A stretch of DNA of 64,000 bases. Source: Yuukianura sp. NJ FZ-2021. Lineage: Eukaryota. A model generated the notes under the pieces. It saw nothing but the letters and a program-made list of their open reading frames with translations, was not told where the DNA came from and did no database searches. Location: NCBI GenBank assembly GCA_046563655.1, contig CM102287.1, positions 7,192,001-7,256,000 of the forward strand, in the 5' to 3' direction. The position numbers and the translations under genes were made by a program. Shown here in pieces: positions 13,330 to 24,460 of this stretch (within the stretch, counting starts at the first letter, position 1; every line of letters starts with the position of its first letter).

Positions 13330-14476
13330 AAACTTAAAAGTGGCGCTGCTTCAACTTCAAAATGATCTCTAACTTAATTTAATGTCGTGCATATGGAGAA
13401 GTCAACTTCTCTTGTTTTTTTTTGTAATGTTACCTTAACACAGCGTCTTGAATCTGAACATTTCTTGAAATTCTCCCTGATTTTGTCATTTTACTTAAGA
13501 AAAAAGCAATCATGAAAGAATGCTTTTTAACTCATCCATAAAATCTCAGGAGTGCATATTTTTACGAAGTGGAGGAATTTGAAATTTTAAGAAAGAATTT
13601 TATGTGTGGGTGGATTTACCAGACCTAGCAATTCTAAAATTCCAAAGATGTAGAAATGGAATTAGTAGATGAATCATTACTTGTAACACAACAACAATTA
13701 AATGTACCTGGTTAAATTTGATGTTTCGTGTTGTGAATAAACAAATATGTATTATGTAACTCTTTTGTGCCAATTCCATCTGGATCTTTTATGGTATAAA
13801 CTGTACTAATTTTCAATTTTAATAACTTTTTTTAGCACTGCTACGCTGAGAGTTAAGGCACCACCGGCGTTGTTCGATTTTATTTTTGAAATGTACTACT
13901 TGAAATATACTTCGACGAGACTTTGGAGCTCCAGCCTGCGGTTAGCAGCCATTTTAGTGAAAGTTAGCGGGAAAATCAACAGAAAACACTGCTACAAAGC
14001 ATTACCTCAAACATGTGTCTAACTAATAAAACCAACCTTGGCTACGTAGTGCATAATAATTCTTATTTATTATCAATATGGCACAAGAAATGAATCACAG
14101 GACGACCTGAATCTGAATCAGCGCAACATCAAAGTTAGCGTCTCTTTGAAATTTTTGAATTTGAGCGGCTTTCAAATGATTCGAAATTTTCCGAGATTTC
14201 ATGCAGTTTTTTTTAACTTTTGTTCTCACATTTTTTTTCTACAAACTTCTTCTGCTTCTCGTTCTGCGAATTTTTTTTTTAGTTGTTGTTTATGTTTATG
14301 CCCTTGGAACGAAGCACTGACGGATAACCGTCTTCCTTTTTCGATGTTCTTTCGGAAGAAACAGTAGAAAACTTCCTAGAAGGTGACAACGCCAACTGAC
14401 AGCTGACATATGGACAGCGACGGGGGAGGATGACGCGCAAAACGAGTGAGTCACTGGTACTGTACTTACTACATAT

Positions 14477-14484
14477 TATAAAAG
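14477..14484 (+). promoter_or_regulatory. Candidate TATA box of the calpain gene
   Basis: TATAAAAG upstream of a probable non-coding exon ending CAG|GTAAAT at 14650; calpain ATG at 14871. Confidence 0.4.
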
Positions 14485-14870
14485 TAGATAAGTAGTGCTT
14501 GAAGTGTAAGTAATCGTTATCATTCTCACTTACAGGATCAGTACAAAGTGTACTCTTGATAGTACAGCGAAACCCATAAAACTATTGGATTCTGATTTAT
14601 AAGAACTGAGAAGAGGAAAGCAACTGTCAAGTTGACGAACAAAGAACCAGGTAAATCTGAAGAAACACTTTGAGAAACAATTTCATAAACTATAAGAATC
14701 AATTTGAGTTTTAACGTATTTGTTTGTCTTTTTTGGCTAGTTGGATTTTAGATTGTGCTAAAGATTTCAGAACATACTGATGAATCAACGATCGTGTTAT
14801 AAGCAGTTCCGCTAGTAATTGGTGGCATTTTAATGACAAAGAACAAAAACTAGCAAACCATCAAGAAAAC

Positions 14871-17474
14871 ATGGAGACGAATTACTATCCCTACCAGAAG
14901 GGTCCTGATGGCTACTTTCACATGGGACCAAATACATTGGCGACAATTAGGAATCATTCTATTCATAGCAGGATACTGTATGAGGATCCGGAATTTCCAC
15001 CAAGTCACCAATCTGTATTCGGAGGTGGTGGATCCAACAACGAAATCCGGTGGCAAGGAAATATATTGTGGAAGAGACCAGTGGTACGCAGTGAAGCGCT
15101 GTAAATTCTAACTTCACATTGACGAAAATGTAATTTGATTTGATTCCTTAGGAGTTAGTTCAAAATCCGCAGTTCATCGCCGACGGAGTGTCGAGATTTG
15201 ATGTCATTCAGGGAGAGTTAGGTAAATACGACCTCACTAAATTTGCCCGATGAAACCAGTCCTTTTTACTTCGTTTTGCCTTGCCCGACGTTAAGGCTTT
15301 TTGGTTTTGTGTTTCTTTCTAGGGAATTGTTGGTTCATCGCTGCTGTCGCCAATTTAACTATGCATCCAAGTCTCTTTGCTCAAGTTGTGCCAATTGATA
15401 ACGGAACATTTAGACAAGGAGAGTACTGTGGAGCCTTTCATTTTCGGTAATCCAGTCTCGAGTCTTGCCAAGTTTATTGTATGACGTGTTTGAAGTTGTT
15501 TGATTTTGCATTTTCAAAGGTTTTGGCAGTATGGTCACTGGATTGATGTAATCATCGACGATCGGCTCCCTTGCAATCGTAAGGGGGAGCTTTTATTTCT
15601 ACACTCAAGCGATAGTCGAGAATTCTGGGGCGCACTGCTTGAAAAAGCTTACGCAAAGTAAATGCCGTAACGTATAATTCATCTTTGTATGTTTCTTTTC
15701 GAACTTGGATGAATGGATGAAGTCTAAAAGTCTGCTAGGTTTGTATTAATTTCGTTGGAATTTGAATTTGTAGGATGCATGGAAGTTATGCTAGTCTTTC
15801 CGGAGGAACTCCAAGTGAAGCCCTTCAAGACTTCAGTGGCGGAATAATCGAGGCCATTGACATTGGTGCAACAACCCCCCATTTGTTTTCTCTCATGCGG
15901 AAGGCATACAATCGGTCTTCGCTGATGAGTTGCAGTTTGAGCGTAAATTGATTTTGGCTTTGTGTAGGAATAAATTGAAATTGAAAAAAATTGAACTCAT
16001 CCTACAACTTAAATGAATTCACTTTTTAGGGACGAGGAGGACGTTATGAAGAGAGGACACGGGACGGTCTTGTCAAAGGCCATGCTTATTCTGTTACGGC
16101 TGTCGACCTCATACCGCTAGTCGGCTCTTACGGAGGTTCCAGTGCTCCATTAGTAAGGATAAGGAATCCTTGGGGTGACAACTTTGAGTGGAAAGGAGCT
16201 TGGAGTGACGGCTCCAGAGAATGGTCTCTCGTTCATCCCAGTGTTCGGGCACAGTTCGGTGTAACGAATCGAAACGATGGAGAGTTTTGGATGAGCATTG
16301 ACGACTTTCAGAAACAGTTCACTCGTTTGGAGATTTGTCATCTGAGTCCAGATCCAATTGATGCTTGTGTGAAACAGTATGGTCGTCCTTGGGACAAACA
16401 AGTTTTGTTTGGGTCATGGGTTCGTGGTGCTACGGCTGGTGGATGCTTAAATAATCGTAAGTTCCCAACCTCATGAAAAAAACACAATTGATTTCTAAAA
16501 ATTTATGCTAAGTGTTCTTTTTTTCAGGCACTTTTGACCAAAACCCACAGTATTTCTTTCATTTCGAAGCTTCGGCAGAGGATGGAGATGCCGATAAGTG
16601 TACCGTCATTGTTGGCTTACTTCAAAAGAGACCAAAGAGAGCCACCACAAATGCTGCCAATAGACAAGCCCAGTGTATTGGCTTTCGAATGTACAAGGTG
16701 AATAAGTACTAAAAACTTTCCGTCTTTGAAAATAATGCAATACTTTTTGTATTTCTTCAGGTAAATGCTTACTACCGCCCCGGAGAAAAGCTGGATCTTG
16801 CTTTCTTCAAGCGGCCTGGCCTAAAGGCATTTACTTCTGGAGATTTCATTGACTCGAGGGAAGTTAGCGCCAGATTTGAAGTTCCTACTGGAAACTACGT
16901 TATTGTTCCATCCACTTACGACCCCAACGAAGAGGGTGAGTTCTTATTGCGCATATTCTCTGAACCGTCTTCCCGACCACCACCTCCGCAGTACACAGTG
17001 CAGCAATTTGCTAGTCAGCATGGTGGAGTTATCGATGGACCAATGATGCCACTACCTCAACCGTCAGCCCCAGCTCCAGCGCCGGTGCAGAACTATTATC
17101 CTGCCTCAGCACAGCCATACCCTCCCCAACAACCGTTTGCACCAAGTGGTGCACCTCCACCATTACCAGCAGCACCACTACCTCCAATTGTTAGTTTTCC
17201 AAATCCGTATGCAGGTTCTAACCAAAGTGCTGCCCCACCTCAGTATCCCCCAGCACAGTCGAGTATGCCTTACCCACCAGCTCCGGGAAATGTACCTGGA
17301 TATCCGCCTCCAACGAACTACGGTATGCCCAGTTATCCTCCAGCACAGGCACAAGTACCGCCATTTCCGGGAAGTGCGCCTCCTTACTACAATCAGGTAC
17401 TTAATGCGACTCCTCAAGAGCATCAGGCTCCGCCAAACATTGGATTTGTCTTTGGACCTCCAAACACATACTAA
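14871..17474 (+). CDS. Atypical calpain (CysPc + C2-like domain III + Pro/Tyr-rich tail, no penta-EF-hand), 8 coding exons
   Basis: [28 protein letters not shown] (catalytic Cys), [24 protein letters not shown] (His), RIRNPWG (Asn), [48 protein letters not shown]. All introns are GT-AG. Confidence 0.92.
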
Positions 17475-17746
17475 CGGACTAAAACATTGAGCTTTAAGTA
17501 TTAATTTTTTACCTTGTAACTTTCTTCAATCTTTGACCTATGTGATATTACATTTTGACTAATTGCAAATTACAACTAATGACCTACTTTTGCATTTGAA
17601 AACATTGATCCAATTTGACGTGTAGTTAATTGGTTGTGAAAGTATTTGCGGTACAGCATTTTTTATGCTGACATGGCAAGAATGCGGGGTGTTACAGTTT
17701 TACATTCCAAACTTTCGAGGTTGTTGGCGACATGACAAAGACATTA

Positions 17747-17791
17747 AACATTTTATAAAGCAACTGCAAGTTAAGTTGCTTATAAAATGTT
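17747..17791 (+). promoter_or_regulatory. Candidate TATA box (TATAAAA 17781-17787) inside an imperfect inverted repeat upstream of laccase 1
   Basis: AACATTTTATAAAGCAACT..AGTTGCTTATAAAATGTT; proposed ATG at 17875. Confidence 0.35.
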
Positions 17792-17874
17792 GCAATCTGC
17801 AACAGCACTGCTAAAAATTCCACTCCAGTTTTAGTTTCGACGAGTGAGGAAGCTACACAACATCTAATTCGAAA

Positions 17875-20737
17875 ATGAGTAAGTTTTACTTTTTATAAAA
17901 ATGTTTCTAAAATCTTTTCGCAATTTAAAATGACATGTTTTTTTTTAAATTTCCAGAACAGCATTTGGTTAAGTGCATTTGGCAGTGGATAGTATTGCTT
18001 TGGGTATCATCGGAACATGGGTATGTAACATTGGCACAAAATGATTCTCCGAGCTCATTGCGAATGTCGAATCCAGCATTTTCAGCATACCTGAATTGCA
18101 TCCTGCCTCATCTCAAACACAAATGTCGTTCCGCCACTTTCAGTCGTATTGCTGACAGGAATTTGTTGAATCAGGTTAAACAAATTATGAAAAACAAGTT
18201 TTCTTTGAACAAAAAGTCCTAATTTCAAGTTCTTAATTTTTGTTTTGATTTTTAAGATTCATTCTGTGCAAAGTCGTCAACGAACTTCCTCTGGAGCATA
18301 TTTGCAAAACCTTGGTACAGCAGAAGCGTTCGCACTTTTTTAATTTCAATTTCCGTTGATTTTGAATTTTTATTTTCAGAATCTCGACCAGTTCAGGATT
18401 CGGCACACTGGAAAACTTGGTACCAAAATCAATACAACCAGGAAGATCCCGACTTAATTTTTAACCCGAAAAATTTAAGAAACAACAGCGCTGGTTATGG
18501 TATAATTAACTTATCTATTAATTATTATGTTTAAATTATTCAAAATATAATATGTTATTTGAACGTTTTCACAGAAACTGATGAATACTGCATCTACGAT
18601 TTGCGAATGTCGTACATCAACGGCTCACCAGACGGCGTTCAAAAGCGAATTATTGGATTCAACGGCCAGTTTCCGGGACCTACTCTCCGATGCACCAAAG
18701 GAAAAACGATGATTGTTCGAGTGACGAACGACATTCAGGACGACGACGAACCAACGTCCATTCACTGGCACGGAATTCAGCAGAACTTGTCTCCGTTCTA
18801 CGACGGACCTCAGTCCATCACTCAGTGTCCAGTCATCAGATCAAACTCAATGATCTACAAGTTTCCAGTCTTCCAGTCCGGCACATACTGGTAAAATACC
18901 CGTCAGCATTTGAATTTTAAACACTCAAATACTCAATTTCACATTGATTTGAAGTAGTTGAAGAAAATGTTTTTCGTTTTGAAGGTATCATTCACACCAT
19001 TCCTATCAATATGTGGACGGCGCTTGGGGATTTCTCATTATCAAAAACACTCCGAAGGAATGCTGGGCAAATTCTTATGATGACGAGCGTCTCATTTCCA
19101 TTAATGACTGGATTCATCGGCCAGCTAAAAACGTCTCGGAAGTATTTCTAACCCAAAACATTTTTCCGCTTTCGAATTCATCGTTAATCAACGGCCGAGG
19201 AACATTTAATTGTTCTAGAGTTGAGACCGGTCAAATCTGTGACCCATCCCTTCAAGGGCCCTCGGTCATCAACGTTGCTCAGGGAAAAAGATACCGGTTC
19301 CGGATTTTGAATTCCTCTGGAGCACAGGCATATAATTTCAGTATCGACGGACACAAGATGGTTGTGATCGAAACGGATGGAGTCGATACCGTCAAGAGTC
19401 CGAAAGTAGATGTCGTTCCAATATTGGCTGCTCAACGGTATTCCGTCATCGTCATCATGGATCAACCAGTAGGAGAGTACTGGATTCGGACTGCTGGAGA
19501 TATTGGAAGTGGACCTGTCACCCAAGGCCGAGCTATTCTTCAGTACATACCGAATCCAGAACCAATCCAGCCAGCTCTTGAGCCAACCGAAACAGATCCT
19601 GGAGTTGAACAGGGACGGCGCGATTATCACGACATTCCGTGGGAGGATTTCATAAAATCCGGCGGTATCAAAGTACCGACGCGAGAAGAACTTCAAAAGT
19701 ATTTCCCATATCCACCGCCAAAAATTAATTTTCAACTGCAAGCTGAAATTGAAGCCAAAGAACTCCGAATTGCCAATCAAACTCCCAAACCGACATCACT
19801 GGCAGTTAATTCCACCGTGGCGGTTCTATTGGATGAACAATCTTGTCCTCCTTTGCAATTTGGAATGTCTGGCAATGCACCACGGATTGTCAACAGACTA
19901 ATTACAATGAATGTGACGGATTGTCCAATTCCAGGAGAAGCAGGGCGCTTGTGCATGAATGCAGAGCCGTTCATTCCGGGGAGCATGTTCAGTCCACCCG
20001 TTTTGTATCAAGTGATTCGAGGAACCCCGATTCAGTCTTCGGTCAGGCCAATCTACACTCCAAAACAAAACCAAGTACGGTTTTCGAAATAAAATTACTC
20101 TAAAATTTCTCAAAATTTCCTAGATTTATTCTTTGAATTTTGTATTTCAGGTTATTTGGATTGTAATCAACAACCGTCACGACCATAATCATCCGTGGCA
20201 CTTGCATGGAAAGACCATATAGCTCAATTTCAATTTCAAAATTTTCAAATGAAATTACAAAAGTTCTTCTTAAAAATATTTATTGATGAAAGCTGAAGTT
20301 GAACTTAAGTTTGGTGTTTTTCAGGTCACACTTTTTGGGTTTTGGGACGAGGAGCACTAGGAGCTGGAGACTTTGTCCTGTCGCGGGACATTTCGAAGCT
20401 GACGACTGCCGGAGCCAGACGTGACACGACACTTTCGCTGGCCAATTCATGGGTTGTTGTGGCCTACATCACTGACAATCCAGGAGCATGGTTTTTCCAT
20501 TGTCACATCAATTGGGTACAAATTGTTAACCTAAAATACCATAATCAAATCAAAATCTAGACTTCATTGATTTTCGACTTTTACCTTTTTCAAGTTTTTT
20601 TTTTTAAATTTTTACAGCATTTGGAGGCGGGGCTTGCAATGACGTTTATCGAGAGTCAAGATATTGCCAAACAGGTTTACAAATTCCCTCCACTGGAATC
20701 TGTTCGTACTTGTGCCAAAGTTGGCGTCACTATTTAA
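17875..20737 (+). CDS. Secreted multicopper oxidase (laccase-like) 1
   Basis: All four Cu motifs are present after splicing: [36 protein letters not shown]. The start (ATG A|GTAAG 17875, then KQHLVKCIWQWIVLLWV..) is less certain. One intron (20209-20324) needs a GA donor. Confidence 0.85.
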
Positions 20738-21157
20738 GTCCTATTCGCTCCCCAACTTTTAAAGTGTTTCTGTGTCTGTGAGTTAGATTTTCCAGGATTT
20801 AAAATAAAGTTTTACGGTTTTTCATTTCCTTCAGAAAAGCTAAGTTGACATGCAATCTGACTAATCCTATTTTTTTTCAAAGTTTAGTTTCTTCAAAAAT
20901 GAAAAAGAACAATAGTTGTTTTTTTTTCTTTAAAAATTTCAGGAAATCCCTTATTTCACTTTACTCTTCCTTAGAAATTCTAAAAACAGAACGCATTATG
21001 TGAAGCCCTGTTTTAAAAAACGGTTTGAAAGACGCGTATTTTTTATGCCAGTAACTTTTGAACAGTTGAGGTAACTTGACCTCAGAGAAACAATTCCACC
21101 AACCTTGGTTTTCAAATATCCAGTGAAATTGTTAAACAACGTCGCTTTGTTTTAAAA

Positions 21158-24013
21158 ATGTCGCCATATTGGTTGCTAGTAATCTTAGCAACATTTGGCC
21201 AAAATGTCGTTGGGCAAATGCCTTCTTCACAACCTTGGTCTCCTTGGGCAATGCCTGGACCGAGCGGATTAACGTCCAACGCGAATCCCGTAAGTTGATT
21301 GGATTTTAGTAAGGTTAGGCTGAAATGAAATTGCTATTAAGAGTGTTTTTACAGTTTCTTTCACTACAGGGTATGAACAATGCTATGCAGTCGTCTATGT
21401 CAAATTTCATGAAGAATTTTGGAAATCCATGGTCAATGCTTAACGGCGGGTCACCGATGAATCACCCTTCTGGACCAATGTTCCAAGGTCAACCTGCTAA
21501 TGGGAACCCAGCAATGAATCGCCCTGTAAACACCGCAGGAGTACCTCAACGTATGCCGTCACAATCCGGAGCACAGATGAATCGGCCAGTCGACTCGTCG
21601 CAGATGCATCGACCAATTGGCTCTGCGCAGTCGCAAAATCCTGCTAGTGGTGAGCATCTTTTCAAAAAAAAAATTCAAGAGAAGTAATCCGATTGTTTAT
21701 GTTCGATTTTACAAACAAAAATTTCAGATTTGTCCGGACCAGCTCGAAACACAGCATTTTGGCAAAACTGGTTCCAGAACAGGGGGAAGGAACAAAACTT
21801 TGTTTTCAATGCAGATCTTGTGAATCAAAATAATTCCGCTGGATATGGTAAGGTCACCATTTTAAGCAAAATTGCTCTACAAAATTTTATTTTATTTTTC
21901 ATTGTGAATTTTTTAGAAACTGATGAATACTGCATCTACGATTTACGCATGTCGTACATCTACGGCTCACCAGACGGCGTTCAAAAGCGAATTATTGGAT
22001 TCAACGGTCAATTTCCGGGACCAACTCTCCGATGCACCAATGGGAAAACGATGATTGTGCGTGTGACGAACGACATCCAGGACGACGACGAACCAACGTC
22101 CATCCACTGGCACGGAATCCAGCAGAACTTGTCTCCGTTCTACGACGGTCCTCAGGCCATCACTCAGTGTCCAGTCATCAGATCAAACTCAATGATCTAC
22201 AAGTTCCCAGTCTTCCAGTCCGGCACATACTGGTAAAATACCCGCCAACATTTGAATTTTAAACATTCAAATACTCAATTTCAAATTGATTTGAAGTAAC
22301 TCAAGATATTTTTCGCTTTGAAGGTATCACTCACACCATTCCTATCAATACGTAGACGGCGCTTGGGGATTCCTCATTATCAAAAACACGCCGCAAGAGT
22401 GCTGGGCAAACTCGTATGACGACGAGCGGCTCATTTCTGTCAATGACTGGACGCATCGTCCAGCTCGTGACATTAGCGAAGTATACTTGACGCAGGGAAA
22501 CTTTCCAGACGTAAATTCGTCACTGATCAACGGTCGTGGGACATTCAATTGCTCGAGTATCGAGAGAGGTCAAGTTTGCAGCTCTACTAAACAGGGACCG
22601 GCTGTAATCAATGTCATTCAGGGAAAGCGATATCGCTTCAGGATTCTGAATTCGTCGGCCGGTAGAACCTACAATGTTAGCATCGATGGACACAAAATGG
22701 TTGTTATTGAAACTGATGGAGTGGACACTGTCAAGAGCCGCAAAGTGGACGTGATTCCGGTGTTGCCAGCACAACGCTATTCCGTCATTGTCATCATGGA
22801 TCAACCAGTGGGACAGTACTGGATAAGGATCTCCGGTGAACCTGCGACCGGAACCGCTGCTGGACTACTTGGACGTGCCATTCTACGCTACACAGCAAAT
22901 CCCGACATTCAAACTCGCTCAGGTCAAATGTCTTTTTCAGAACCGCCGCAACCTGGTACCGGCGTTGGCCAAGGACGACCAGATTACCACGACATTCCTT
23001 GGGACGATATCATCAATTCCGGTGGAGTCCAAGTTCCTTCACGAGAAGAACTTCAAAAATATTTTCCAAACCAACCGCCAAAACTCAACGTCCAACTTCA
23101 GAATCAATTGGATGCAGAACACGTTCAAGTTGCAAATGAAACTCCGCGGCCCAACTCTCGGCCAGTTGACCCCACGCGGGCTGTTCTTCTTGATCACATG
23201 ACCTGTCGACCTCTCCAGTTTGGCGCTGATGGTAAAGCGCCTACGCGATACGACCGAATCATTACTGTGAACATGACGGACTGTCCACTTCCTGGCCAAC
23301 CATCACGCATGTGCATGAACGGTGAGCCGTTTGTTCCGCCCAGTATCAACAGTCCCCCAGTTCTTTATCAATTGATCACTGGAGAAACGGTGCGTAATTC
23401 AGCCAGACCCATCTACACTCCGAATCGCAACGAAGTAAAAATTAAATTTTAATTAATAACAATTAATTTAATGTATAACTGTAAATGTTCAATTTCCAGG
23501 TTGTGTGGCTCGTCGTTAACAACAGACATGCCTTCCCTCATCCTTGGCATTTGCATGGTATGAAACTTGTTTTTAAAAAATGAGGCTGTGAGGTTTTTTT
23601 AAATTTTGAAATGTGCTCATGTAGGTCATACATTTTGGGTGATGGGAGCTGGAGTCAATGGCTCTGGAGATTTTGTGATGTCCAGAGACATTTCCAAATT
23701 GACGGCAGAGGGCGTACGACGGGATACAACTTTTACCCTTGGGAAATCCTGGGCTGTCATAGCCTACAAGACGGACAATCCTGGAGCCTGGTTTTTCCAC
23801 TGTCACATCAACTGGGTCAGTTTTAGACTTAAAAAAATTGTCAAAAAACCAAAGGTCAACTGAATCACGCTTTAAATTTTTGAATTTTTAAAGCATCTGG
23901 AGGCTGGACTTGGACTAACATTTATCGAAGGTGGATCAATCGCGAAACGAGTGTACAAATTCCCACCGAAGGAATCCACTCAAACCTGCGCACGCGTCGG
24001 GGTCACCATTTGA
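21158..24013 (+). CDS. Secreted multicopper oxidase (laccase-like) 2
   Basis: Signal-peptide-like MSPYWLLVILATFGQNVVG, then a Met/Pro/Asn-rich extension, then [33 protein letters not shown]. All introns are GT-AG. Tandem paralog of laccase 1. Confidence 0.9.
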
Positions 24014-24460
24014 AAATTCCATGCCACTGAACTTTCAATTCCCAAATTGAGAAACATTGTGGAAAATTCTTTAACTTTAGCAATTTTAATTAACGTAACT
24101 TAATTTCAATAACTTCTAATTCTTTTTTAAATAAACAATTTCTAAAGGGAAGGCCTAAAAAATGTCTCCAAATTATTCAAATGTCTGCATGCGAATTTAA
24201 ATGACTTTGATTTAGCAAACTCCTTTTGCAGTTACTTCCGCAGTGTCCGCTCGGATTGACCAATACGAACAAGAATGTTGAGGTGACATAAAAAAATGCA
24301 CAGGGTGGAACGCACAACTTTTTGTGGTTGCCATCGCAAACGGAGTTGGAGTTCGATTTGTTTTAATCGGCGTCTATGTTTTGCTTATTTTCGTTTTTGA
24401 ATTTTTAAGCGGATTTTGGACTATGTTTTGAGTTTCACAAATCTCAAAATATGACGAACA

